Shown in pieces: positions 8,887-17,646 of a stretch of DNA of 35,687 nucleotides; the first letter of the stretch is position 1; each line of letters starts with the position of its first letter. The DNA comes from a virus, in the UHGV virus genome UHGV-0257306. One strand, given 5' to 3'. Made by a program: the position numbers and the translations under genes. A model generated the notes under the pieces. It was given only the letters and a program-made list of their open reading frames with translations, searched no databases and had not been told where the DNA came from.

Positions 8887-9306
8887 ATGGCATCTGTAAA
8901 TAAGGTGATTCTCCTCGGGAATCTCGGCAAGGATCCGAAGATCTACAAGTCTGAAGCCTCCGGAACTTCTATGGCACTAATCTCTGTGGCTACGTCTCGA
9001 AAGTACAAAGGGAAAGACGGGAACCTAGTCGAGCAAACCGAATGGCATAACGTGACGGCCTACGGCAGACAGGCGGAGATTATCAACGACTACATGAGAA
9101 AAGGTTCCAGCATCTACTTGGAAGGCAGGCTCCAGACTCGAGAGTTTACGGATAAGCAGGGAGAAAAGCGATGGAGCACGTCCGTGATCGTTGAGAATTT
9201 TCAGATGATCGGGCGCCCTGGCAAGGATTCAGCAGCAAACCCGCCGCCCCAGAACCGGACGCAGTCGGCTCCTGCCGCCACTGATGACGAAGAAGTCCCC
9301 TTCTAA
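8887..9306 (+). CDS. ssb: Single-stranded DNA-binding protein
   Basis: MASVNKVILLGNLGKDP, TEWHNV, YLEGRLQTR and acidic C-terminal DDEEVPF. Confidence 0.97.
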   Translation: MASVNKVILLGNLGKDPKIYKSEASGTSMALISVATSRKYKGKDGNLVEQTEWHNVTAYGRQAEIINDYMRKGSSIYLEGRLQTREFTDKQGEKRWSTSVIVENFQMIGRPGKDSAANPPPQNRTQSAPAATDDEEVPF

Positions 9307-9317
9307 GGATTCAGCAG

Positions 9318-9704
9318 ATGGAATGCAATCAGGACAGCCGGGACGGGTTCCTTAGAAGGCTCTTGAGTGAGATTGAGCCCGCCCGGATGATCTACCGGAT
9401 ACGCGGCCCGCTTAAAGAAAGTGAACGGCTATATCTGGCTAATGCCTCAGCGCTGGCTCCTAACTATTTCTCCCGGTATGCGAGAAAGCTCCCGGACGAG
9501 GAGACGAGGGAGCACGTGAGCGGTCTTCTAGGGCACGCCACCGCTCTGCTGATCCTGTCCCTCCAGCAGTACCCAGAGGAGGGAGTAGCAGACTGGCCGG
9601 ATTTACTGCTGGCGACAGAGATCTTAGAGGACTGTGCCCGCCAGATAGCAAAAAGCTCCGAGCCGGATTTTTTGGAATCGGTAACGGAAGCCGCATGGAG
9701 GTAA
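9318..9704 (+). CDS. Hypothetical protein
   Basis: RBS TAAGGA; tightly packed in the early operon. Confidence 0.65.
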   Translation: MECNQDSRDGFLRRLLSEIEPARMIYRIRGPLKESERLYLANASALAPNYFSRYARKLPDEETREHVSGLLGHATALLILSLQQYPEEGVADWPDLLLATEILEDCARQIAKSSEPDFLESVTEAAWR

Positions 9705-9708
9705 AGCG

Positions 9709-9942
9709 ATGGAAGAAACCCGCCGCCCATTCATGACTACAAAGGAAGTGGCTGAACTCCTAGGAGTGAAGCCCTGCTCTGTCAGAGCTTTTATAGACCG
9801 TGGGATTATCCCGCCACCGATCGACCAGAGAAGCAGTAAGCATCTTTTCCGCCGGAGTCTTGTGGAGAAATACATCTCTCAGAAAGAAGCTCAGGCAATT
9901 AAGACATGGAGAAACTCTAGAGGATGGAGAGCACAGCGATGA
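9709..9942 (+). CDS. Excisionase-like HTH protein
   Basis: FMTTKEVAELLGVKPCSVRAFIDRGIIPPP pattern (Xis/AlpA/HTH_17-like); RBS GGAGG. Confidence 0.8.
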   Translation: MEETRRPFMTTKEVAELLGVKPCSVRAFIDRGIIPPPIDQRSSKHLFRRSLVEKYISQKEAQAIKTWRNSRGWRAQR

Positions 9943-10589
9943 CAGAAGCGGACGCATTTATGGCAATTACAGAAGCAGAGGAAACCGTAGACCACCCCGG
10001 GCACTACACCGCTCTGCCGGTGGAACCGATTGAACTGGCCCGGGTGTGCGACTTCTGCACCGGGAATGTTTTGAAATATATTCTCCGGGCTCCGTTCAAA
10101 GGTACAGCCCTGGAGGATATGAAAAAAGCTTTATGGTATCTCCGTTATCTGCAGGCTCATCCTGAAATGTACAGGATGCTGGAGCCGTACGGAATCGATG
10201 AGACTACGGCCGGAGATATCGGAGAGAAGATTGCTATCGTGGAAGAGGATGGTTTATGGGAAGCCTGGGGATCCGCCTACGCCTGCACGCTTGGGGACGT
10301 GGCTATCGTGTACAGAGGGAGCGCCAAGGTTACCGAGTTCTGTCAGAGGGTTGTTGTCTCTCTCCTCGACATGAGGCAGGAGCCGGGCGCTGGGTATGAC
10401 TTATCCATGAAGCTGCGGAGCGATACATTTCGGGTTCTCGGCACCATGCTGGAGGCTGTTGTCTGGCTCATGGATAACGATCTCAAAATTAAGCAGAAGG
10501 CAGTCATACCCGGCACAGTCTGGAACAGAAAGCTAGCGCTAGCCCTTGGTGGGATTGAGGTGGAAGGAGGCAGCGATGCCAGCGAGTAG
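9939..10589 (+). CDS. DUF3310 (SaV-like) domain protein
   Basis: VDHPGHY...FCTGNVLKYILRAPFKG..EDMKKALWYL; ATGA overlap with the upstream stop. Confidence 0.85.
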   Translation: MTEADAFMAITEAEETVDHPGHYTALPVEPIELARVCDFCTGNVLKYILRAPFKGTALEDMKKALWYLRYLQAHPEMYRMLEPYGIDETTAGDIGEKIAIVEEDGLWEAWGSAYACTLGDVAIVYRGSAKVTEFCQRVVVSLLDMRQEPGAGYDLSMKLRSDTFRVLGTMLEAVVWLMDNDLKIKQKAVIPGTVWNRKLALALGGIEVEGGSDASE

Positions 10590-11130
10590 GAAGCCACGCA
10601 AAAAGCACCAGAAGAAACTCGGCTGGTCGGCTTATGAAAAGCATTGCTCTTTCCTATTCCGCAGCGAGAAATGGGATAGAGAGAACCTTAACCTGTTTGC
10701 GCAGGATACCCTCGAGCCGTTCCACGCCATTTACTACGGCAGGGGGAAAGATCCGAACTCCCTCACGCAATTCCGCCGGAGCCAGAAAGTCCTTATCTTC
10801 TTCTGGATACTGGCGGAGCTGCTGGTCGAAGAGGCCGAAGTCCGCCGGATTGTCTCAGAAGCTGACAAACTGCTGGGAACCGTCTTCACGTGCTGGTATC
10901 AGCACGCCGGGCGCATTCTCTACCCTCAGCTGAAGAGGCTTATAGCGATTGTCCGCCAGCTTTTCGATGCGATTACTAGCGCCTTCAGCCCTTACGAAAT
11001 CTTTAAAAATAACCGGGAGCTTAAAGACAAAAAGAGCCAGGCTATTGCTTTTCTTCAGAATTCCAGTACACTATCTCTATCCGGCGATGAACCGGATACG
11101 GGCTTGGCGGCCCGGACTCAAGGCGCATAG
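10576..11130 (+). CDS. Hypothetical phage protein (MPASRKPRKK N-terminus)
   Basis: RBS AAGGAGG before ATG at 10576; the 3' end overlaps the c4 promoter and a1b1 sites. Confidence 0.7.
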   Translation: MPASRKPRKKHQKKLGWSAYEKHCSFLFRSEKWDRENLNLFAQDTLEPFHAIYYGRGKDPNSLTQFRRSQKVLIFFWILAELLVEEAEVRRIVSEADKLLGTVFTCWYQHAGRILYPQLKRLIAIVRQLFDAITSAFSPYEIFKNNRELKDKKSQAIAFLQNSSTLSLSGDEPDTGLAARTQGA

Positions 11131-11160
11131 CCGCCGACTGATACAGATCGGCTTTTTTAT
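11045..11160 (+). promoter_or_regulatory. Putative c4 promoter and c4-a1b1 element with terminator
   Basis: TTGCTT (11045)-16 nt-TACACT (11067); a1 TTGGCGG at 11104-10; b1 CTCAAGG at 11117-23; hairpin GCCGA...TCGGC followed by TTTTTT at 11133-58. Confidence 0.75.
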
Positions 11161-11214
11161 TTTGGCTGTGCGCAGAAAGTGTGTGTTATACGCACCTCTA
11201 TTCAAGTCTCCTCA

Positions 11215-11290
11215 TGGGAGGGGCTTGTGGGGCATCGAAAGATGCGCCGGAACCTTGAGCCGGTCCGCCAACCCGCAAGCCCTGCCCACC
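11215..11290 (+). ncRNA. c4: C4 antisense RNA
   Basis: Closing stem TGGGAGGGGCTTGTGGG/CCCGCAAGCCCTGCCCA. GCATC-GAAA-GATGC hairpin. CCGG-AACCTTGAG-CCGG hairpin. Single-stranded TCCGCCAA. Complementary targets occur both upstream and downstream. Confidence 0.9.
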
Positions 11291-11293
11291 ATC

Positions 11294-11330
11294 TTGGCGG
11301 ATGGCAGCAGGTTTTAGATACCTCAAGGAG
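11294..11330 (+). promoter_or_regulatory. C4 target sites a2/b2 overlapping the rha RBS
   Basis: TTGGCGGA at 11294-11301 complements TCCGCCAA. CTCAAGG at 11322-28 complements CCTTGAG and overlaps the SD AAGGAG. Confidence 0.85.
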
Positions 11331-11338
11331 ACATACTC

Positions 11339-12169
11339 ATGTCTGAAATCACTTCCACCTTCTCTTCCCCTGTCGTCACTCTTTCCGGCAACCACGCTGT
11401 CACGACGTCTATCGATGTTGCCGCTTTCTTTGGGAAACTCCATAAAAACGTCCTGCGATCCATCGACAGCATCCTCGCCTCGTGCCCGGATTCTGCAAAG
11501 CTCAATTTTGAGCTTTGCTATGAAAACAGCGAGTTACAGAACGGCAAGCCTCAGAAGTACTATCAGCTGACTCGGGACGCTTTCGTTTTCGTCACCATGG
11601 GGTTCACAGGGGAAAAGGCGGCCGCTTTCAAGTGGGCCTACATCGAAGCCTTCAACCGGATGGAGGCTCAGCTCCGAGCGCAGTCGCTCCCACCCGCTAC
11701 CATCACCCCCGCCCAGCAGCTTGAGCTCAGGAAAGCTATCGCTAAGCGGGCAAAGAAAGACGGCGCCGCTTACCAGAGGATTTATCACGCACTCTATGAC
11801 CGGTTCCAGATTGCGAAGTATGACCAGCTGAAGGCGACAGATTTCTCTGATGCCCTTGCCTTCGTTAACACGTGCGGGCTGAGCGAGATCCCGGGCCGTA
11901 AGCCTCTGGTGCTCTCTTCCACAGAGGCAGAAAACCTCCAGGGAGCTTTATATCATCTCGGGTATTTGCACCGGGCGGCATTCATGTCATTCTATAATTT
12001 CCTCGTTGCTACCCGCTCTCCGTATGCTCCTCAGGTCTATGAAGCGATTAATGATCTGAACATCCGGGGCCTTATGAGAACCTTGGAAAAACATGGTTAT
12101 GACATAAAAGGGCTCCCTGAATACAAAGCACTTGCGGCCAGCGACCCCGAGGCTGTTTCAGCCTACTGA
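11339..12169 (+). CDS. rha: Rha family regulator/antirepressor with ORF6C-like domain
   Basis: TTSIDVAAFFGKLHKNVLRSI...LTRDAFVFVTMGFTGEKAAAFKWAYIEAFNRME, then ITPAQQLELRKAI...RFQIAKYDQL. Confidence 0.92.
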   Translation: MSEITSTFSSPVVTLSGNHAVTTSIDVAAFFGKLHKNVLRSIDSILASCPDSAKLNFELCYENSELQNGKPQKYYQLTRDAFVFVTMGFTGEKAAAFKWAYIEAFNRMEAQLRAQSLPPATITPAQQLELRKAIAKRAKKDGAAYQRIYHALYDRFQIAKYDQLKATDFSDALAFVNTCGLSEIPGRKPLVLSSTEAENLQGALYHLGYLHRAAFMSFYNFLVATRSPYAPQVYEAINDLNIRGLMRTLEKHGYDIKGLPEYKALAASDPEAVSAY

Positions 12170-12179
12170 TATCTTTCCC

Positions 12180-12205
12180 GGTCGCTCCCACCCTTGGGGG
12201 CGACC
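12180..12205. other. Strong hairpin between rha and hsdS
   Basis: GGTCGCTCCCA-CCCT-TGGGGGCGACC; no U-tract on the plus strand. Confidence 0.55.
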
Positions 12206-12251
12206 CACTTAAAACACCTATCACCTTCGCCGCTCAGGAAAGCAGAACATC

Positions 12252-13469
12252 ATGAAAGAAAAGGCAAGAGAACCCGCTATCCGTTTTTCTGAATTTGCTG
12301 GCGCTTGGGAACAGCGAAAGGTAAAAGATTTAGCCGCAAATACATATGGCGGGGGCACGCCCTCGACGTCAAACCCCGAATTTTGGGAAGGTTCAATTCC
12401 TTGGATTCAGTCGTCTGATTTGTCAGAACATAACCTTTTTAGGGTGCACCCAAGAAAGTTTATTTCGCAAGCGGCCGTAGCGAATTCTCCGGTAAAAATA
12501 ATTCCTGAAAACTCCATTGCCGTTATCACGCGAGTCGGGGTTGGAAAGCTTGCAGTGATGAGCTTTTCATACACGACGAGTCAGGATTTTCTATCTTTAG
12601 GCAATCTGAACACTGACGTTAAATTTGCATCTTATCAGTTGTATAGAAGATTACAGAAAGATCTAAATGCTGTTCAGGGCACTTCAATTAAGGGAATTAC
12701 TAAGGAAGAGCTTCTTGGAAAAAATATTGATATTCCTGGACGTCAAGAACAGGAGGCTATTGGAAAGTTCTTCAGCAAAATTGATTCTCTTCTTACCCTT
12801 CATCAGCGTAAGTATGAGCAGTTCCTCATTTTGAAGGAATCAATGATCCAAAAATTATTTCCTAAAGACGGGGAACATGCGCCGGAGATACGGTTTAGTG
12901 GCTGTGCAGGTGATTGGGAACAAAGGTTATTAGGGGATATTTACCTAGAACGTAATGAGAGAGGAAGCAAGTCCCTCGATATTTTATCTGTGTCGATTCA
13001 TAGCGGGATTTCAGAAAAAAATTTAGACGCTGGCGCTCTTGGGAAAATCGTTAGACGCAGTGAGGATAAATCGCTCTATAAGCATGTTTTCCCCGGAGAC
13101 CTCGTTTTTAATATGATGCGTGCCTGGCAGGGAGCTTTAGGCGTCGTAAAAAAGGAGGGGATGGTTAGCCCTGCCTATATTTCTGCCATACCAAATGCCG
13201 AAGTCTATCCTGGGTTTATGAATTATTGTTTACGCAGGAAAAACGTAATAAATCAAATAAATAACCTATCATATGGAGTTACAGATTTCCGTAAGAGGCT
13301 GTATTGGGATTCATTCGTTAAGATAAAAATTTCATTGCCTTCTATATCCGAGCAGAAGAAAATTACAGAATTCCTTACCCGGCTTGATGCAGCCATAAAT
13401 CTTCATAAGAGAAGATTAGGAATGCTCAAGAATGTGAAACAGGCATTCCTTGAAAAAATGTTTATTTAG
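12252..13469 (+). CDS. hsdS: Type I restriction-modification specificity subunit (type IC-like), solitary
   Basis: Two TRDs, each preceded by P.IRF.....WEQR and followed by EQ..I..F...D....LH.R....L. TRD1 has GGTPSTSNPEFWEGSIPW. Visibly more AT-rich than the flanking genes. Confidence 0.95.
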   Translation: MKEKAREPAIRFSEFAGAWEQRKVKDLAANTYGGGTPSTSNPEFWEGSIPWIQSSDLSEHNLFRVHPRKFISQAAVANSPVKIIPENSIAVITRVGVGKLAVMSFSYTTSQDFLSLGNLNTDVKFASYQLYRRLQKDLNAVQGTSIKGITKEELLGKNIDIPGRQEQEAIGKFFSKIDSLLTLHQRKYEQFLILKESMIQKLFPKDGEHAPEIRFSGCAGDWEQRLLGDIYLERNERGSKSLDILSVSIHSGISEKNLDAGALGKIVRRSEDKSLYKHVFPGDLVFNMMRAWQGALGVVKKEGMVSPAYISAIPNAEVYPGFMNYCLRRKNVINQINNLSYGVTDFRKRLYWDSFVKIKISLPSISEQKKITEFLTRLDAAINLHKRRLGMLKNVKQAFLEKMFI

Positions 13470-13494
13470 ACTGGCTTCCTTTTAGATAAGGGTC

Positions 13495-14667
13495 TTAATC
13501 CATAGGGAAAATAGCATCCGCCCAAGACTGTAAAACTGCACGTCTCTCCTCCAGCAGGTCACTCCGGAGATAGGCCTGAACTGTCCTATCTCCTACCGAG
13601 TGGCTCAAGCACTTCTCCGCCAGAGTGAAGTCAATCCCCTGAGCCGCCGCCCAATCCCGAAAGACCGACCGCATGCCGTGCATAGTCCCGGCTGTCCCGG
13701 TCAGCCTCTGGATTGTGATCCGTGGCGTATCTATAGCCAGGAATCTAGAGACTCTCCCGGGGAATACGGCAGAGTCAGAAAGCCCCCGAGCTGCGTCAAG
13801 GACGATTAGAGCCTGGTGCGATAGCGGGACTCTGAAGTCTTCACGGGATCTCTTGGCGGTCTTCATCCTTATCCAAGGCACCGTAAAGATGTCGCCGTCT
13901 ATCTCCTGCCACTCCGCCCGTAGGAACTCCCCCGCACGGAGGGCCGTGAGGCAACCGAAAATGACGGCCAGACTGGCGGAGGTTTTCCTTTCCCACAGCG
14001 CTGGGATGATCACCCGCCTGAGCGTATCAATATCAACCGCTTCAAAATGAGAGACTCCGGAGACAGCAGTGCGAGCAGGAAGGAAAAGCGCCAGATTCCC
14101 GTGCCATGCCGCAGGGTTCTCCCCGTCTCTCCAGCCGCACGCCTTGGCATAATCAAGAACTGTCTCAAGCCGCCCTCTGACTTTTGCCGCAGTTGCGGAT
14201 TTCGACTGCCATATCGGCGCCAGCATCCGGAGCACATCGTCCCGCTTTATCTCGTCTACCGGATACTCCCCCAGAGCAGGGAGCACGTAGTCCCGGAAAG
14301 TGGCGACCCACTGAGCCGCTGCCTTTTCACTTGTCCACGCCTTCACTCTCCGCTGATTTTCGATAGCCTCCTGCCAAATATCGCTTAGCCTCGGAGCCTT
14401 TGCTCTTGGAGGCTCAAGCTCTTTTATCGGCTCGCCGGACTTTATCTTTAGCAGTATCTCCGCCGCCCGTTCTCTGGCGGCCGCTGTTGATATGAGTGGC
14501 CAAGGGCCAATACTGACCTTCATACGTCTCCCTGAGACTGTAGTCCTCAGGAACCAAAGACGGCGGTACCCCGTCTGGTACCCCCTCACTCTAAGGTACA
14601 GCCCTCCGCCAAATGCGTGAAGTCCTTCTCCCAAATTCTTAGGCGTTTTCATGAGTCCGATTCCCAT
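13495..14667 (-). CDS. int: P4-like tyrosine integrase with arm-binding domain
   Basis: GGGLYLRV...IGPWP..S...ARERA arm domain; catalytic R (TALRAGE), K (RMKT), HGMR, LSH and Y (AYLRSD). Alternative start at 14652. Confidence 0.95.
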   Translation of the reverse strand: MGIGLMKTPKNLGEGLHAFGGGLYLRVRGYQTGYRRLWFLRTTVSGRRMKVSIGPWPLISTAAARERAAEILLKIKSGEPIKELEPPRAKAPRLSDIWQEAIENQRRVKAWTSEKAAAQWVATFRDYVLPALGEYPVDEIKRDDVLRMLAPIWQSKSATAAKVRGRLETVLDYAKACGWRDGENPAAWHGNLALFLPARTAVSGVSHFEAVDIDTLRRVIIPALWERKTSASLAVIFGCLTALRAGEFLRAEWQEIDGDIFTVPWIRMKTAKRSREDFRVPLSHQALIVLDAARGLSDSAVFPGRVSRFLAIDTPRITIQRLTGTAGTMHGMRSVFRDWAAAQGIDFTLAEKCLSHSVGDRTVQAYLRSDLLEERRAVLQSWADAIFPMD

Positions 14668-14698
14668 TTTCTATACCCGGACAAAAAAAGCCTAGCCG

Positions 14699-14971
14699 GG
14701 GTACCAAAAAGGGTACCAGTTTTTCCCTGATAAGACCACAAAAGAACTGGAAAGAATTTAAAAGATCAAGAGAAAAATTTTTAAGTCAAATCTCTGGAAG
14801 CCCCGCCAGTATTGGCTTAGGCAAAGAAAAACCCCGCAGACATTGAATTTATCTGTGGGGTAATTTTTCGCCAAGTGGCGGAAGGGGTGAACTCAGTACA
14901 TGCCTGTAAATAGGCGTTCTTTATTAGATTAGCATCTTAAGGGTACCGATTAGGGTACCGTAATAGATACC
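14699..14971. mobile_element. attP: attP: tRNA-Ser-like core with flanking arm-type repeats
   Basis: Core at 14876-14890 reads TCACCCCTTCCGCCA on the minus strand (tRNA 3' end, G discriminator plus CCA). GGGTACC direct repeats with 12-bp period at 14699/14711 and 14941/14953, with a degenerate AGATACC at 14965. Confidence 0.85.
14823..14861 (-). terminator. Terminator downstream of the att core
   Basis: ACCCCGCAGA...TCTGTGGGGT hairpin with a minus-strand U-rich tail; it would terminate the reconstituted tRNA. Confidence 0.65.
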
Positions 14972-16084
14972 TTATTGGAACATTCCCGGCGCTATCTGGT
15001 TAGCCATCCGGAGAGCGTCACTCTTATTAATGGAGCCGGAGCGGAGCCGGGATTGAATATCAGCCAGCTGAGCTCTCTGAGTGTCCGACAGCTGAGCGAT
15101 TGAGGGAGCCGGAGCCGACGGAGCCGCGGGAACTTCTGGCACCTGAGCCGCTGGCGTACTCGCTCCGGATTCGGGGAACTTAAAGCCGTTACCAATAAAG
15201 ACCTGAAGATCGAGCCTGCTTTTTTCCCTGCCGTTGAAGGCCGAGAAAAAGGCCATCTCCCGGGCCGGGTTGCGTACGTATTTGATGTGCTTTACTCCAA
15301 AGGCGTCCTCCTCCTCTACCTTATCGCTCAGGGCCTTTATAACCTCCTGAGTGCTGACAGGGGTACCCTTGCCGCCGCCGGTTGCGATCAGGCCAGCCGT
15401 TTCCTGCCGGGCCTTCTCCGCTAGGGCCTTCTCCTTTCCGGCTGTTGCGTAGTGCTGCGCCGCGCTGGCGTTCTTTTCCGCGGCAGTGGCGGACTTAACC
15501 CTATGATTATCGTTATAGACTCCCTTCTCTCCGATCTTCGCCACGCCGTCAAAGACATTAGTCAGGACTCCGCCGTCAGCCGTAGCCTTAAAGATTTCCG
15601 GGAGTTTGGCACCAGTGAGCCCGGCCTGAGCGATAGCTCTCTCCGAATAGGGGACAGCCTTACCGTCAGCGCCTACGCCATCGAACACCTTTTTTAGACC
15701 GTTATCCGTGTAGCCAGAGAGGATCTCATTCCCGCTCGAATAGTTTCCCGTAGCCGTGTCGAACGAGTAGCCCGGGAGGTTCTTGGCCTGTTGCATTCCG
15801 AAAATAGGAGTTTTACCGGCGGCACTTAGCAGGACGTTCCTATAATGCGGGTCGAGGTAATTGTCGACAGCCTTCTGGAGGAAACCCGTACGCTGGCTAA
15901 TTTCATTAGCCCGGTTCTGGGCCAGAGCCTGCCGAGCCACAGAGAGCTTATTGGCGAAATCGAGCTTTAAGTCCTCTAGGTCTGCCTTTCTCTGTTGGGC
16001 CTGAGCCATGAGCGGGAGAGTGGCCACGTTTTTAAAAGCGTTGACCAGAGCCGCGGAGCCTTTATCTGTGAGAGTGAATTCCAT
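14972..16084 (-). CDS. Putative internal virion/ejection protein
   Basis: Ala-rich; last gene after the tail genes; position-based call. Confidence 0.55.
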   Translation of the reverse strand: MEFTLTDKGSAALVNAFKNVATLPLMAQAQQRKADLEDLKLDFANKLSVARQALAQNRANEISQRTGFLQKAVDNYLDPHYRNVLLSAAGKTPIFGMQQAKNLPGYSFDTATGNYSSGNEILSGYTDNGLKKVFDGVGADGKAVPYSERAIAQAGLTGAKLPEIFKATADGGVLTNVFDGVAKIGEKGVYNDNHRVKSATAAEKNASAAQHYATAGKEKALAEKARQETAGLIATGGGKGTPVSTQEVIKALSDKVEEEDAFGVKHIKYVRNPAREMAFFSAFNGREKSRLDLQVFIGNGFKFPESGASTPAAQVPEVPAAPSAPAPSIAQLSDTQRAQLADIQSRLRSGSINKSDALRMANQIAPGMFQ

Positions 16085-16095
16085 CCTCTTCTCCG

Positions 16096-16917
16096 TCAGA
16101 TGTATTTATTGTTGCCCTTCAGGCCGTAACCCGTTCGAGCCGCCGAGCCGAGCGCATAGAGCCACGAGGAACTGGGAGCGGCAGAGGTTAGAGCCGGGAG
16201 CGTGGAGCCAGCCTTAGCCGCCAGACTCCCCACGCCGGTACCGCCAGCCGCGGACGAGAGCCCGAACCCGGACGCCGCCGTGGAGCCAGCAGCCGCCGGA
16301 GCCATGAGAGCGGAGCCAGCGCCATAGGTAGCGAGTACCGTGCCCAATCCCTGCAGAATGCCGCCGCCAGTCTGCCAGCCGTTCGATGCGTTAGCCGTGG
16401 CTTGAATGTTCGCTATATTCGTAGCGTTGTCCATGGCGTTGAACTTGTTGGACTGAGTAATGTCCTGAGCCGCCCGGGCAAGATTAAAACCCTGATTCAT
16501 CCGGAGCCGCCCGGATGCGTTAACGTTCCCCATGAGGGAGGCCAGGTTCTTTACATAGCTCAGGTCAGACTCATCGCTCGAGGCCTTGGCGTTCTTGTAG
16601 TCGTTGGACAGATAGCCGCTTGTCCCCTGTTGGGATGCCCGGATCTTCTGTTCCTCCGACACTGGAGCCGCGTACTGGTCAGAGAGCTGCTCCGCCGTGT
16701 CCGCCAGCTGTTTGTTAGTGGTATCCGTGTCGTACTGCTGAGCCACGTCCATCACCTTCTTCTGAGCCTCGTCAGTCTGGCGCCGCTGCATCAATAGAGC
16801 TTGATTCGCAATGTTGGACGCTTTGCGGCTCTGCTGAGCGGCCCCGTACTGTTGAGCGGCCGCGCCGGCTACCATGGCGGCAATACCGGCAATTATTAGG
16901 TCGTCTACACCAAACAT
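16096..16917 (-). CDS. Putative internal virion/DNA ejection protein
   Basis: Hydrophobic Gly/Ala N-terminus, Gln-rich helix and Gly-rich C-terminus, typical of podovirus ejection proteins. Confidence 0.65.
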   Translation of the reverse strand: MFGVDDLIIAGIAAMVAGAAAQQYGAAQQSRKASNIANQALLMQRRQTDEAQKKVMDVAQQYDTDTTNKQLADTAEQLSDQYAAPVSEEQKIRASQQGTSGYLSNDYKNAKASSDESDLSYVKNLASLMGNVNASGRLRMNQGFNLARAAQDITQSNKFNAMDNATNIANIQATANASNGWQTGGGILQGLGTVLATYGAGSALMAPAAAGSTAASGFGLSSAAGGTGVGSLAAKAGSTLPALTSAAPSSSWLYALGSAARTGYGLKGNNKYI

Positions 16918-16932
16918 ACAGACCTCCTTACG

Positions 16933-17646
16933 TTAAGAGCCGCTATATGTAGTATGCGGGTCACTAACGCCATAAGCTTTCTGATAGAGAGCCTGCTGGC
17001 GTGCGAGAGTATTAGCGGCCTGATTCGCGGCCGTGCCAGTCAGATAAGCCTGAGCCATGTCGTTAAAGAGAGAGCCGACAGAGGCCGCGGCTTTATCGGA
17101 CGCGGCTCCACTGAGGTTAGAGTTCAGCTGGTTCGTTGCCATGGTGGAGGCAGCGTTAGCGTCGATCCCCTGATTAGCGAGGCTCAGCAGACTCTGGCGG
17201 GTATTCTCGTCCCGTGTCTTCAGACTTGCCGCGGAATCGTCAGCAATACCCTGAGCACGGAGCAGGCCCTTATTAGTACGGTCGTTGATATCGCCAACAG
17301 ATTCAACATCCGCCGAGCCGCCGAGAAGTCCGGCACGGGCCAGGGCAAAACGGTTAGCCCGCTCCATCTCGGCCGCCTGCCGGTTAACCTCGTCAGCGTT
17401 CAACTGATAGACGGCATTCCGCTGCTGGGCATACTGGCCCTCTCGTCTGGCGTTATCAAAGATTGAATTAATCGCATTAGTGGCCGCGAGAATTCGGCGC
17501 TTATTCTCAGCGTCCTGCTCTCGCTGGTAATTAATCGCGGCTTTACTAGAGCCACCCTTACAGAGATGGCCGGGACGAGCCTCAAGAGCTCCGCCACCGA
17601 AGTAGAGCGAGGTATCACGGTTAAGCTGTTCAAGCGTGTAAGCCAT
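16933..17646 (-). CDS. Putative internal virion/ejection protein
   Basis: HLCKGGSS motif, ARAGLLGGS, Ala/Gln/Asn-rich helices; position in the operon. Confidence 0.6.
   Translation of the reverse strand: MAYTLEQLNRDTSLYFGGGALEARPGHLCKGGSSKAAINYQREQDAENKRRILAATNAINSIFDNARREGQYAQQRNAVYQLNADEVNRQAAEMERANRFALARAGLLGGSADVESVGDINDRTNKGLLRAQGIADDSAASLKTRDENTRQSLLSLANQGIDANAASTMATNQLNSNLSGAASDKAAASVGSLFNDMAQAYLTGTAANQAANTLARQQALYQKAYGVSDPHTTYSGS

Noticed and set aside
10949..11570. ORFs crossing the C4 region, including an Ash-like reading MGGACGASKDAPEP*
   Set aside because: The Ash-like frame stops after 14 codons; the region is better explained by the C4 RNA and its targets.
12252..14667. hsdS plus tyrosine recombinase as a phase-variable shufflon
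   Set aside because: No silent TRD cassettes or inverted repeats were seen, the two conserved hsdS repeats are diverged at DNA level, and the recombinase has a P4-type arm domain next to an attP.
14876..14890. Full tRNA gene
   Set aside because: Only the last 15 nt match; the T-loop and upstream arms are absent, so it is an att core.
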